From Mytilus edulis (Eukaryota), in NCBI RefSeq assembly GCF_963676685.1, contig NC_092352.1, forward strand, positions 31,248,001 through 31,312,000: a DNA stretch of 64,000 nucleotides, written 5' to 3'. Below the pieces are notes generated by a model that had not been told where the DNA came from, ran no database searches, and saw only the letters and a program-made list of their open reading frames with translations. The translations under genes and the position numbers were made by a program. Each line of letters begins with the position of its first letter. Positions within the stretch are counted from its first letter, which is position 1. Shown one piece after another: positions 14,203 to 27,834 of the stretch.

Positions 14203-15541
14203 CTTCGAAATACTTTCCAAATGGTTAAACTTCACACATATTACTTTACATTATAGATGTACAAGTATCACTTTATAAATCATTGTTTTAAAATCGTGTT
14301 TTGCATGCCAATTATTTGACGTAGGTTTAATTAAGATAATAGGTACAGATACCCGAATTAAATAAAAGACTTTAATTAATCGTGTTATAACCACTAGACT
14401 TCAAAGTTGACACCATCTTCTGTTAGGGTCACGAATAAGAAAGATTTGTTCTGAATTACCTTTGGTCATTCAACTGCATGGAGATTTAAATGCTACTAAT
14501 TATGACAGATTTGATAACTAAATATGTGAATTTATGAACAACCTGTAATCTGGCCATCTGCTAACAAGGGCAACACAAATGTGGTTTAATCCATGTCTAG
14601 ATCGAACCAGTCTTTAAGTTTGGCATTAAACGCATGCTTATAGGTATAGGAACTAGGACGGGTTGGCTAGGATAGCTACATTATCACGTAAATAATCAAT
14701 CCCAGCGCGTCAGTATTTTTTAATGCGCGTTTTATTCATTCAAATTGGTACCATTAATGTAATCATTACCAGTTATTACTTCTAGATATGATGCCTTTTT
14801 ATTGAACACATGTGGTGCATGTCTTTAGCATCTGCCATATTAACCCACTGAACTAAATATAAAGAAACCTTAGGTACGAATAGTGGTGTCTTATACCCAG
14901 AATAACACCTTGATATTTTTACAGAAACCGTTTTTTCCTCCAAAGCACCTCAGCTCACTTCCAATTTTTATTTAGTATTAATGTTGTACTGTTGATTGTC
15001 TTGTTGACCTTTTCTTAAATTTCTTCTGTGGTTTGTCTATTTTCGGCATGCGTCTATTAGCTACGGTGTTGTTTTGACGTCTTTTTTGTTGTTGCTATGT
15101 TATCGCCATTTCCTACTGGGATTCTTTTTTTTTTGTCTTTTCATTTAGATTCATTTCATTTATTTCATAATGTTTAAACGTTGCATTAAGCGAATATCTA
15201 CCAACTAATACGAATAAAAACTTAATTCAACGTTAATTGGCAACTGATATGTTCTTTAATTGATAGCGTTTGATTCTGTCAGTTTTTATGATCTACCCAT
15301 TTTTTGATTTGCCTTGGAGTTTGGTATTTTTGTTATGCTTTTTTCGAAGAAAAAAAAAGAATGATTTAGATTTCGAGTTAGTGTGTACAAAACTATATCG
15401 TTATTTGAGACCAAATGAATTTTGAATTACTTTAACGAGTCTTAATTGGGTTAACTAGTAGGTAGTCAGCAAAAACAACAACACACTAGAGTCAATATTT
15501 ATCACTGATAAGTCATATCTAAATAAATAACAGACACAATT

Positions 15542-17625
15542 TTACGTTTCTGCAAAAGCTAATGGAAAATAGAAGAAAATGGCCACAACAATTGTCATAA
15601 TCAGGAATAAAAGGAAAAATGTCCAGTCTAAAACACCCCCTACATCTTTCCACTGCATCTCATCCCAGTCTGTGTATTCTTCTGTCACGCTCTCATCGTC
15701 CTCCTCTTTATCAAACTCGTCATCTCCCCATTCATCAGAACTGTCACCTATTTTGCTCTTTCGTTTCTTTTTAGAACAACAATTTTTACCCTTCTGGCAT
15801 TTAAGAAAGGATGTAACATGTTTCAGCCAAAGTGGAATTTCTGTAGCCTCTTCTTGAGAATATACTCTCAAAGTCAAGGTCGCCATGGCCATCGACAGAG
15901 AGCTCATAACCAGCATTAATGTCAGATATATGCTAAAAATTGTGATTGGACTTGACGAACGTGGAATGTTATCAGCTATCATTGTAATATAAATAACCAG
16001 TGATAAGAAGGTAACGACCGAGTAGGCAATTCGTTCTCCCGATTCTGCTGGCATCATGTATGAAAGACTGCTTAAAATACACAATATCAGGACCGGTAAG
16101 GCGTAATTGATAAGAACATTTCCGGGACGTCTGGAAATTTGTAGATTAAATGTTAAATATGATGCTCCATTAATTGTACTCATTGATATAGATGTTTGGT
16201 CAATCCACCACTGAACGTTTTCTGCAAAGTAGGTCAGCTCTATTGCAGAGGTAGAGTTCTCAAGTTTAACCTTTAAAGCAAAAAAGCAAAAAATGTAATC
16301 TTGCTTAAATGATAATGAACGTTTCCATTTTCAATCGACAATAAAAGAAAAAAAAATATACTAGTTTTAGTACATCTAAAGTTGATATACGATGCAAACT
16401 GTAGTGTATCCTAAACTTGTACGATGTCTGTACGATGCAAACTGTAGTGTATCCTAAACTTGTACGATGTCTGTACGATGTAAACTGTAGTGTAGTCTAC
16501 TCTTGTACGATGTATATATGATGTAAACTGTAGTAAGTTATACAGTTGTATGATGTAAAATGTAGTGTAGCCTACAAGTGTACGATGTCTGTATAATGCA
16601 ATGTAAACTATAATATAGTCTTCACTTGTATGATCTAAATACTCGCCTACACTTGTACGGTGTGTGAATCGAGGCCTATCTTTGTACGGTGTGAATAGTG
16701 TCATACACTTGTACGGTGTGAATTGTGGACTACATTTTTACGGTGTGAATTGTGGCCATCACTTGTACTTTGTGAAATGAAGCCTACAGTTTTACGATGC
16801 GATATATGGTCTTTAGTTGTGCGATGTGAGTTGCAGTCTACACTGTAACGATGTGAATTGTGGCTTACACTTGTACGATGTGAGATGTAGACAACAGTTT
16901 TACAATGTGAATTATAGCTTACACTTGTTCGATGTGAGTTGTTGCCTACACTTGTACGGTGTGAAGGCTACTGTTCATTATATAAAAGTAGACTACTTTA
17001 TATTATTTAGAAGCAGATAACTGTCCATTATATACAAGTAAGAAAAAATAGTTGCAAGCAAATGTAAGATATTTACCTGATCTTCCAAATAACCCAACGG
17101 TGTAAACTGTAGTTGGCATGTATGTGTATCGAATGGATAATGTGACATCGTAATTTTACAGCTAGTCTTTGATACTATTCCTACTTTCCATGTGTGCGTA
17201 CCGTCCTTATTTACTCGGATTTTATTACTCCTGTAACCTAACGTTTGAAGTGTTTCAACTGTATTGTGTATTGAAATTGGTGGCAACCAGACGTTGTCTT
17301 GAGCAATCATCATTTCATCTATACCGGCTGTCCATGCCGTCAACAAATCATTGGTCCAAGATGCTTCTATAAATCCAACTAAATGCATTTGTCCATGTGC
17401 TTCGTCCATCTTATTTATAGCAATTAGTGAATATTTCATGGAAACAATCATCTGATCGGATTGTGTTGCCTTTGGAAAAATCTTTTTATTGTAAGTTGTG
17501 AATTCCGTTCCTGATAGAAATCCTTGAAAATCTGTATGTGATGCACATAGTACTGTACTGGAAAACGTAGTTATCAAAATAACAGCAATATACATTGTTC
17601 TAATCATTTTCATTTCTTGGTTCAT
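15542..17625 (-). CDS. nAChR-like non-alpha subunit (gene 3), two exons: complement(join(15542..16270,17077..17625)), about 425 aa
   Basis: Exon 1 ends CKITMSHYPFDTHTC...LGYLEDQ with CAG|GTAAAT. Acceptor ttttgctttaaag precedes 16270; VKLENSTSAIELTYFAENVQW... is in frame with ORF 15542..16183. Phase-0 intron of 806 bp. Start codon uncertain among several Met. Confidence 0.9.
16385..16970. repeat. Degenerate minisatellite filling most of the gene 3 intron
   Basis: Recurrent CTTGTACGATGT / ACTGTAGTG motifs with a 30-40 bp period. Confidence 0.75.
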
Positions 17626-19068
17626 TTGGTTTTCAAAACTATAGACAAATATAAGTAAGAAAACGTTTGTAAATAAAATTCATAAATTCTTCGCCTCAGC
17701 GGATGGGTTAAAGTAAACTGTCATTGTTTCATGATTCGCGCTATTTATTTTGAATAAAGGATAGCGAGAAAACAACACCAAACAAAATAAATATTTAAAA
17801 AAGAATAATGGTCATTTGTTGGTTTGAAAGCCATGTTTTGGTACACAGATAGTTAAGTTGTACTGACAACTTCATAAAGAATCAAAGGAACATGAAGAGA
17901 TTTACGTGTAAATGAAAATGAAAAAGCAATGTTGATCAAGGGATTAAATTGGGAGGTTTTTTTAAATGATGAACAATTTAGATAAAAAGCAAATTTCTGG
18001 CAGCTTGAACTAGTAACAAAAGGGCAGTGTTTTTAGAAAATGACAAAATTTCAAATAAGTATTGCGAACACTTATACATTAGAACTTACAATTAAAAGAA
18101 AAAAAGGGGGTGTCATAACAAGAAAGAATCAATGAAATAGCTCATGTAAAATAATGGTTTATTTTCGTTTATCTTACTGGCAAATTATAACTACACTTCA
18201 AATACTGAATGATTATGAATGTTTGAATGTCCGAGGGTTTGATAAGTTCATCGAGCACCATTCGTTCGATTCATTGACTAGTAGTCAGAACATGTCCGAG
18301 TAGGCGCATATCTTCCCGTTGACTGTATGCAAGACAAGGTCAAAGCAGGATTCATATTCGTATAATTGTGAAATATTCTCGTTCTGATACGACTGTTATA
18401 AAATTACACTTTTTCAATTTGATGGGTCCCTAGCACTTTTCTTGATTTACCTTCATCAGGAACGTCCAGACATAAAGAATTGAAAGCAAGGTGTGTTAAA
18501 ATACGTAGACATGTTTTATGTTATAGAACTAACAAGGACCTACAAGGAATATCCAAATTCAACTTTGGTAAAAAAAGTCACTGAATGTTAAAACCACAAT
18601 CATCATCATCATGATAAAATATAAAAGCCTGATTCCACCCTCAACAAACAAACAAAAATAAAACCAAGGCAAAACCATTTAATGTAAGCTAGGTTCTGGA
18701 ATTTGTAGTTGTACCTGTAGTTCAGTTACTTTAAAAATTTGGAAAACGTACCAATTAAATCATGCCATTATTGGAAAAATCGGCTGCTGGGCGGTCAGTA
18801 ACATTAAGAACTGCTATTTTACCAGCAAAGGTATATATCTAATGATATACGAGCCTAATTTCCCATGTTCATTGCTCCTCCAATAAAAAAGAATAGACGT
18901 TCACGTTCTAGTCAGCAACCACTCTTTATTATCATATGCTGACAAGTAAGTTTTCCATTCTCAATTTTAAGTGGTCACTTAAGATTGAAACACATTTTCT
19001 TGAACGGGTAGGTAGACGATGTTTTTTTTTAAACTTTTGTCTACTTCCACTTGTACAACTGCATCTTT

Positions 19069-19323
19069 CAAAAAGTGTTAACAGTTATTAACCATCATAT
19101 TAACAAAAAGTGTTAACAGTTATTAACAATCATATTAACAAAAATTGTTAACAGTTATTAACCATCATATTAACAAAAAATGTTAACAGTTATTATACCA
19201 TCATATTAACAAAAAATGTTAACAGTTATTAACCATCATATTAACAAAAAGTTTTAACAGTTATTAACCATCATATTAACAAAAATTGTTAACAGTTATT
19301 AACCATCATATTAACAAAAAGTG
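19069..19323. repeat. 35-bp minisatellite x about 7
   Basis: Unit AACAAAAAGTGTTAACAGTTATTAACCATCATATT. Confidence 0.92.
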
Positions 19324-19360
19324 TAAGTTACAGTTTGGCTATGTTATATATACGTCTATT

Positions 19361-20540
19361 TTACAACAGGCCGTATTACTGTCCCACTTTAGATAACGTT
19401 TTGTATTTTGTTGTTGTTACAACAGGCCGTATTACTGCCCCACTTTAGATCCCGTTTTGTATTTTGTTGTTGTTACAACAGGCCGTATTACTGCCCCACT
19501 TTAGATACCGTTTTGTATTTTGTTGTTGTTACAACAGGCCGTATTACTGTCCCACTTTAGATACCGTTTTGTATTTTTTTTTGTTACAACAGGCCGTATT
19601 ACTGTCCCATTTTAGAAGCCGTTTTGTATTTTTTTGTTGTTACAACAGGCCGTATTTCTGTCCCACTTTAGATGCCGTTTTGTTTTTTGTTGTTGTTACA
19701 ACAGGACGTATTACTGTCCCACTTTAGATACCGTTTTGTATTTTTTTGTTGTTACAACAGGCCGTATTACTGTCCCATTTTAGATGCCGTTTTGTATTTT
19801 GTTGTTGTTACAACAGGCCGTATTACTGTCCCATTTTAGATGCCGTTTTGTATTTTGTTGTTGTTACAACAGGCCGTATTACTATCCCACTTTAGATACC
19901 GTTTTGTATTTTTTTCTTGTTATAACAGGCCGTATTACTGTCCCACTTTAGATACCGTTTTGTATTTTTTTGTTGTTACAACAGGCCGTTTTACTGTCCC
20001 ACTTTAGATACCATTTTGTATTTTGTTGTTGTTACAACAGGCGGCCGTATTACTGTCCCACTTTAGATACCGTTTTGTATGTTTTTGTTGTTACAACAGA
20101 CCGTATCACTGTCCCACTTTAGATACCGTTTTGTATTTTGTTGTTGTTACAACAGGCCGTATTACTGTCCCACTTTAGATACCGTTTTGTATTTTTTTGT
20201 TGTTACAACAGGCCATATTACTGTCCCACTTTAGATACCGTTTTGTATTTTTTTGTTGTTACAACAGGCCATATTACTGTCCCACTTTAGATACCGTTTT
20301 GTATTTTTTTGTTGTTAAAACAGGCCGTATTGCTGTCCCACTTTAGATGCCGTTTTGTATTTTGTTGTTGTTACAACAGGCCGTATTACTGTCCCACTTT
20401 AGATACCGTTTTTTTTTTTTTTTGTTACAACAGGCCGTATTACTGTCCCACTTTAGATACCGTTTTGTATTTTTTTGTTGTTACAACAGGCCGTATTACT
20501 GTCCCATTTAAGATACCGTTTTGTATTTTTTTGTTGTTAC
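19361..20540. repeat. 56-bp minisatellite x about 21
   Basis: Unit TTACAACAGGCCGTATTACTGTCCCACTTTAGATACCGTTTTGTATTTTGTTGTTG. Confidence 0.95.
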
Positions 20541-21581
20541 GCTGTTCTCTTTTTAATCATAATGAGAAATGACCAAAAAAAAATTGAGGCATTATTTTTT
20601 AAAAGGCAAAGAGTGACATAAAATATCTCCAAATATTTGAAAAACACTTTTTTACAAAAACTCCGTTAGATATGTACATATAAACATTTTAGTCTGGAAT
20701 ACCATTATTTATTTATTAGTTTATATTGGCTTTAAAGTTTTCCGTGACTGCGAGTATCGGTGTTTTGTGTCTTGTTTTTTTGTTAGTTGTTTTTCCTCGT
20801 ACTGATTATGTGAGTAAAGCAAAATTGGAACTGATTTTTATGATTTGCCCTTCAGTTGAATGTCCCGGTTTGGGGAGGGTTGAGCGCCTACATACATATA
20901 ATTAACCCGCCACATTTTTTAATTTTTTGTTGAAGGAACGTACGATGGCCCCTAATTCGTATATCCACTTCTTTTGAACTTATTGACAATCATACCACAT
21001 CTTCTTATTTTTATATTAAATATACTCAGACCACAAGTCCTTGCATAAAACCAAACATGGGCAAGTAATATTTACAACACTTACTTTTTCTTTTGGTATA
21101 CTTTTCGTTAAGATAAAAAAAAAAGTGAACATATTTTCTAAATATTTCTAATACTAACTTTTGTTAATGATAAAACATCATTTAAAACATATAATATGAA
21201 CAAAATATTAATATGAATAAAACAGTATATACAGATAACATAGTTGAAAAGTTTCTTATATCCCTACCTACACAAAATTTACAAAGATTACTTATCTTCA
21301 AGTACATGTATATGGTTTTGTAATTAAGAAACAAGTTTTTTTTACTTTTTTTTTTATTTACAGGAACATGTGGAAACTATTTTCGTAACGAAAAGCTTTT
21401 ACTTACACCCGTTCAAAGCAAATTGTGGCACAGAAATTCTAACAAACAAACTGCATATATTTTGGTCATTAAAAGACCTAAGTAACTGAAACTGATAATG
21501 CCCGATAATTTTCAAATAATTGACTTGAAACAAAATGTATAAATAAACAAGAAAATAAAAACATAACTTATTTAAGCCATT

Positions 21582-22919
21582 CTACTGGTAATAATGTGCA
21601 ATCAATGGCGTCATGAAAATCATAGTCAAAAGGAAATTGACAATAATAAATACAACAAAACATATTTTATCAAAGGTCCTTGCTACATGTTTCCATGTAA
21701 TTTCATAATCGTTCTTGTATACTTTATCATCTTTCCGGATAACAATAGGGGCAAAGTCTTCTTCGTATTCGGTTTGAAATTTCGGATGGGAAAAGAAGTT
21801 ATCGTCGTTGTCGTCATACTCCGATAAAGTCAGAGGAGTAACCTTGTTTTGGCGCGAAAGATCATCCTTGTGTTTGTTCTCATAGCAACCACAACATGCA
21901 ATAAAACGGACTATTCTTTGCGGAACCATATTTCGGGGGTCTTTACTGTGAATAGTCAATGATAAAATGGCTAGGTACGTAAGAACAGAAACGACAAGAA
22001 TCATCGTTGTAAAATAAAATGACAAAATAGACATCTGTGTCGACGACTTTGGCAATGATCCGGTGACCATAGCCATCAGAATTGATATTGAAAGAAAAAC
22101 AAACATGGCGAATCCGACCCTTTCTCCAGAACCTGACGGTACAAGGAATATGAGGTTACTCAAGAATACTAACATCAGAAAGGGTAAAAAATGAGTCAGC
22201 AAAAAGTATTTTGGATTTCTCTGCAGCGTTAGCTCGAAGTGTGCAAAAGATGTGCTCTCTTTGGTTTCCGTGTAAGGATCATGGGATTTAAGGCGCCATA
22301 ATTCATGCTCGTTATAGTATGAAGTGTCTAAACTTTCGTTGGTAATTGAAATATTAACTTCTGAATCCATGTAACCCCAAGGCGTAAAAGTTATGTTACA
22401 TTTTTGAGTATCAAAGGGGAAATAAGTTGAATCTACTTGACAGTTTGTTTTGGATACAATAGAAGGCGACCATTTCATTACTGCAGATTCATCTTTGGTT
22501 GGCATCGAGATCCTTACATCTGTATTGGCATCTCCAATCATTGAAATATTTGAATGTGAATTAAAAATGCTGATGGTTGGTACCCACACAACGTCTCGTG
22601 GCACAGAAATTTCAGTAACAAAAGGCGGACCGGACACAGCGGATATTAAGTCATCATCCCATGTAATATCCATGAGTCCATTTACCTCTAGATATCCATC
22701 TGCTTCATTAAATTCTCCGATACTCACAAGTGTGAAATTCACATCCACAGTTATCTGGTCACTTTGTTCTTTTTTGGGAAAGATTTCATCGACAAAACAA
22801 GTTGTACAAGTTATTGCATTTGTATAAAAATTTAAAATATCCTGATATGATGGCGCTCCTGCAACTGGATAAAAGTATAAAATCAAAGTTAAAATCAACA
22901 CTGTTTTAACCGTAGCCAT
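21582..22919 (-). CDS. nAChR-like non-alpha subunit (gene 4), single-exon CDS
   Basis: Signal peptide; CQVDSTYFPFDTQKC; FTPWGY; GSGERVGF; four TMs. Confidence 0.94.
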   Translation of the reverse strand: MATVKTVLILTLILYFYPVAGAPSYQDILNFYTNAITCTTCFVDEIFPKKEQSDQITVDVNFTLVSIGEFNEADGYLEVNGLMDITWDDDLISAVSGPPFVTEISVPRDVVWVPTISIFNSHSNISMIGDANTDVRISMPTKDESAVMKWSPSIVSKTNCQVDSTYFPFDTQKCNITFTPWGYMDSEVNISITNESLDTSYYNEHELWRLKSHDPYTETKESTSFAHFELTLQRNPKYFLLTHFLPFLMLVFLSNLIFLVPSGSGERVGFAMFVFLSISILMAMVTGSLPKSSTQMSILSFYFTTMILVVSVLTYLAILSLTIHSKDPRNMVPQRIVRFIACCGCYENKHKDDLSRQNKVTPLTLSEYDDNDDNFFSHPKFQTEYEEDFAPIVIRKDDKVYKNDYEITWKHVARTFDKICFVVFIIVNFLLTMIFMTPLIAHYYQ

Positions 22920-23251
22920 ATTTCTTTTCCCTTATTAAATTAAGAGTTTCGATCAAGCGAATGATAATAAAGTCAAAACAATAGACAGTTTTTGAGCCAG
23001 TAAACCTGTTGAACAAATCAAAATGTGACACTTACCTACTTAAGTATTTGAAATAGAATAATTGGTTGAAAGGAGAACTGACATAAGGTTATATTAATAA
23101 ACAAAAGTAAGAGTAAATAATTATGAGAAAATAATCAGAGCGATCAAATATGGAACACAGCTTTGTGTCAAAAGAATTGACCGCAATTATTTAAAACAAT
23201 TAACCCATATAATAGTAGTAAAATATAAAACAACGTTCAACTGTACCAAAT

Positions 23252-23715
23252 GGTCCGAGACCACAATTATTTCGTAGTGCATTTCTTTTAGAACATAAAT
23301 GAAAATTAAAAAAAATCCAACCTGCGCTTTCTCAATGATTTTTTTACAGTGTGTTATACTACTTTTGGGACAAATTACATCAAAATTATAGAAAACTTCA
23401 TCGGCTCTAACTCAAAATATGGTCAAATTTATGTTTAGGGCGTCTTGAAATCTTTTGACAGCTTCCGAAGTGCTAATTTTTAGCCTTTTTCATCTGGACC
23501 AAATCACTCCTTTCCTTTCAAATTCTGGACACAATTTTTTTTACAGTGTAATTTCACCCCCCTTCTTGCAATTTGAGGCATACAAAATGGAGAAATAAAT
23601 TTGGAAGGGGTATAAAAACATTGGCAAGTAACCCACTGTCAACACTAGGGACTAAAATCAAGGGACAACAATTGTAACAACGAAAATCAAGGGACGACAA
23701 TTGTGGTCTCGGACC
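23252..23715. mobile_element. MITE with a 4-bp TSD (Sola-like)
   Basis: Perfect 17-bp TIR GGTCCGAGACCACAATT; AAAT on both flanks. Confidence 0.8.
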
Positions 23716-24569
23716 AAATACAAATTGACCATTAATTGTCTCTAAAGTAAGAAGAAAACACTTATCAAAATATTTTTGTTAGCTTGAATTTTCAAGGTGA
23801 AACAGTTTCTTACCGTAGCTCCTCTTTAAGTGTTAAAAATGGTAAATAAAAGGATAAGTAAGAAAAACGAAAATGAAAATAAATGCCATCAGAGGTAACC
23901 ATATGGTTCTAATTTGAATCTAATCATCTTATCTAAGTTGTTAATTTCTGTGTCATTTTGGTCTCTTGTGGAAAGTTGTCTCATTGGCAATCATACCACA
24001 TCTTCTTTTTTATACTAAACAATATAAAAGTGTCTATTCTACAGATAGGAATGGCAACAACAAACAAGGTTCTTGACTAAGAACAGGTGCGTCAATTTGT
24101 GAAGGTGTAAACCTAGTTCAAAGCATTTTCAAAGTAAGCAATGACCGTAAGATAATTTGAACACAATAACACAATAATTTTTTTTTTTATTTGTGGCAAA
24201 AATGACATTTTTGAGTTTCCGGACCGTGAACGATATTTTATCACCGATAAATATAGTAATTGTAACACATTCGATATTTTATCATTTAGTATGATATGAT
24301 TGATAGTGTATATAAAGATATTATTGTGATTTGATAATTTGGAAATAATGCATATTTTGATATTTTCGACTCTCCACATATATGTTGTCTGTAAAATTTA
24401 CCTTTTTGAACAATTCACAAAACCGTCGTATTTTGGGCCAACGATGCTCCTTTAATTTTCGACTCCTGATAAAATGAACAAAAAGAAGAAGATATATATA
24501 GTAGAAATCAGCTTTGCCAAAGATAATTGTTCTGAGAGAAAGAATGTTTAAAAATCAAGTAACCGATCA

Positions 24570-25976
24570 TTATTCTGTTGTAACACCGGTTGTTCCCAAC
24601 AAGAGGGGTAAAATGTAATAGCCCGAAATTATAAGTGTTCCGGACATGAAAATAAGAAACAATGTTTTATCTACAGTTCTCCCGACAACTGACCATGTTA
24701 TCCCATATCGGCATTCCTCTTCCTCTTCATCGTCGTCGGATACTTCATCGACATATTCCATTGGTTGCACCATCGACTCATCATCGGTGACGACAGAAGC
24801 GCCACTAGATAAATCGCGTTTGACCTCCGTAATATCGTTCTCCGTCATTTCTTTGGTCAATGTCTGTTTACTTTCAGAACGCTTTCTACGTTTAGGGGGC
24901 ATGAACTTTGATTTGCGACACAAGCGACATGTCAACAAACCAAATATGTAAACTAAAATCCATGGCACTGGGGTATTGTCCTCTTCCTTTGCATAAATTC
25001 TTAGGGACAAAATTGTTACGAATGTTGTTAAACTGCTGATGGATAGCATAATCACAAGATAATATACCATATTAGACATAGGTTTGGATGTTTCTGGGAG
25101 ACTTTGCGATACGATTGTCAAATAAACAGCAAACGTGAGAAAAATATTCGTTGCAAATCCCATTCTTTCTCCTGCTGTCGGTGGAAGTACAAATGATAAA
25201 GAGTTAAGAACACCCAGAAGTACAATCGGAATTATCATGTTTATCATGAAATAAATAGGCCGTCTTTTCACAGTTATAGATAGTGAGAGGATGGATCGAT
25301 TTGATAGACTTGTTGTGTTTATGGTCGAAGACAACAGCTCCCATTCCTGATTTTCAACGAATTGGTCCGTACGAGCATATGTCGTCGTCGGTAGGAACTC
25401 TATCTCGTGACTCTGATATCCCCAAGGTGTGAACAATATTTCGCACGTCTGCTCGTCGAACGGAAAGTCAGTGGTATCAACCGTGCATCCAGTTTTGGTA
25501 ACGATACCAATATTTAAGTCCACTTGACCATTAGTTAGAGTCAATGTTGCATCATACCCTCCTTTTATAAGTGGTGTTAGGCTGGACACTGAATTAAACA
25601 CGGTGACCGGTGGTAGCCATATATCATCTGACTGAAGATCAATCTCCATCAGAAGATGAGTTTTAGGAAGATAATTAAGAACTATATACTCGTCCAACCA
25701 TCTTACTTTCATTTTCATAATTAATAATAATGTTCCCGCCACTTCGTCAAACTCCGGAAGTTGTATCAAGCTGAACTGCAAGTCCACATACAATGTTTCA
25801 TTATTCCAAAGCATAGGAAGCACATTTTTGTCGTAAGATTTTAGAAATAAAGCACTCATCAACTTTCTCACGTGTGAAGCAGTTGGTATTGTTTGTGAAG
25901 AACAGTTAGTGCAGTCTAACTGGATAGAACTGTGTATCAGTGCTAGTAAAAGTAGACATGTCGGTAAAGCAGCCAT
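24570..25976 (-). CDS. nAChR-like non-alpha subunit (gene 5), single-exon CDS
   Basis: Signal peptide; CTVDTTDFPFDEQTC; FTPWGY; AGERMGF; four TMs; acidic M3-M4 loop. Confidence 0.94.
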   Translation of the reverse strand: MAALPTCLLLLALIHSSIQLDCTNCSSQTIPTASHVRKLMSALFLKSYDKNVLPMLWNNETLYVDLQFSLIQLPEFDEVAGTLLLIMKMKVRWLDEYIVLNYLPKTHLLMEIDLQSDDIWLPPVTVFNSVSSLTPLIKGGYDATLTLTNGQVDLNIGIVTKTGCTVDTTDFPFDEQTCEILFTPWGYQSHEIEFLPTTTYARTDQFVENQEWELLSSTINTTSLSNRSILSLSITVKRRPIYFMINMIIPIVLLGVLNSLSFVLPPTAGERMGFATNIFLTFAVYLTIVSQSLPETSKPMSNMVYYLVIMLSISSLTTFVTILSLRIYAKEEDNTPVPWILVYIFGLLTCRLCRKSKFMPPKRRKRSESKQTLTKEMTENDITEVKRDLSSGASVVTDDESMVQPMEYVDEVSDDDEEEEECRYGITWSVVGRTVDKTLFLIFMSGTLIISGYYILPLLLGTTGVTTE

Positions 25977-27834
25977 GTTGTTTTTGTTTTAGCCTTAACT
26001 GAATTAACTGTACTTATAGAATGATATGTATAACATACACTATTTTGATAGAAATCACACTTCATTTAAATAGAACCATTTATTAAATGTCAATATAACA
26101 TTAACTCCTTGAAGATTAATTAAGATTCAACTGAAAAGATTGTGATAAAATTCTGTTAAAAGGAATGGATGCGTAAAATAATGAAATCACGATCGTGTCT
26201 TTTTGCTACATAACAAGGTGAAATGGTTCAACATTCAAGATAAATTATTAATCTTTAAAATCTTGTTCTTAATTTTTAAGGTAAAAATGTCATTTCAAAG
26301 AAGGAAAACAATGTGCCTCAAACCTTCTATGACTTGCAGCGTAAAATCCACATTTGGTTGTTCACACACTGAAAGGTCAAAAGTTACCAAATGGGCATCA
26401 AGTTTTGTTTCATGGTATGAGCCAAAACAACTAGAAATTAACGTAATGTAGCCTTAACAGTTAATTTGGAGTCGATTTATTGACGATAACAATTTTACGA
26501 TTGTTGCTGGCACAAGTAGCAAATTATCTTACAATCCTATAGGGTCAATTGTTTCAAGTAAAAAAATACATTGTTAAAAGAACAACAAGTTACACTGCAA
26601 CAAAATTCGCAGTGGCGGTAATTTACTTCTGATAAACCTTGTCGTTTCAATCCTATATGAGGCAAATGGTAGACTATAAATATAAAATATGAATATCTAC
26701 AAAAAAATCCTCAGTCGACTCCTAAAAGTTGATAAGCAAAATAAATCTACAACCAAGTTAATTTGATCAAAATTGACAATCGAGAGAAACAGTAATAGGG
26801 AAACTGAAAAATTAGATCAACGAATAAATCTGAAATTTTCATTCCAATAAAGGCAACAGTAGTATACCACTGTTCAAAAGTCATAAAGACTTGAGAAAAC
26901 AAACCCGGGTTACAAACTTAAACCGAGGGAAACATATCAACTATAAGAGGAAAACAACGAAACAACAGACACACTGAAGTGCAAAATAAACAAACGACAA
27001 TGCAATATCCATAGAAACGAACTCTTAGACAGCAAAGCAGAAAGAAAGAAAGTCATGCAAAACGGAGCAGCTACATGAGATTCTCGAAAAATTAAATTTA
27101 ATTATATTAGCGATGTAAGCTCTTTATCGTAAACTATAATAGATATAGAGAAATTGTAAACAGCTTTTATGATCAGTAAGATAAGATTCACAAATAGGTA
27201 GATATATCTGCATGATTCAAACCTAGCCACACTGTGGCGAGTGTCACTTAGTGTGTTACAGATTGTTGGCACAGTTACTAATGATTTTAATGTTGCATGT
27301 TTAATTAGTTTAGCGATTCAAGGCAAAATCTTTTGATCAATTTCATATTTTATCTAAGTTAATTCTATGAATAAAAGATCCTTCAAAGTATCGAGAGTGA
27401 AAAGCAGGTAATATAACATTGCCATGCGCACAATAAGAAAGAATTTTCAGGGCCAACTTTGCATTACATAGACTGCTGCAGGGAAATAAACCACTAGACA
27501 TCTAAGAAAAACATAGAATGGTGTACAGACGAACAAGCAAATCAGCAAACAATCAAACTAGTCTTTTTTTAAACCCTCATACATGATGCACAGGTTTAAG
27601 TTGAAGCCTGCCTCTAGGTGCCGGATTTTCCCGCTGAGTTTTTTTAATACTGAAAATGACAAGCATAGTCCAGTCTGATATAACTTATAAGGAAGATACC
27701 AACCAATTAATAAATGATGATTTTGTCAAAATAAGGTTTACAACCTTTAATACTTTGCAAACATATTAGTGTAGTCCTCCCATGAACAGAGAATTTTGAA
27801 TGAGGTTACCTCACAAGTCATAGCCATATCGTAA

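Noticed and set aside
13645-17625. ORFs 13645..14235 and 16993..17625 as soluble AChBP-like proteins
   Set aside because: They stop after loop B at good splice donors and join in frame to downstream TM exons.
19361-20540. CRISPR-like regular repeats (also 49733..50278 and 19069..19323)
   Set aside because: Head-to-tail units with no unique spacers, no cas genes, and a eukaryotic context.
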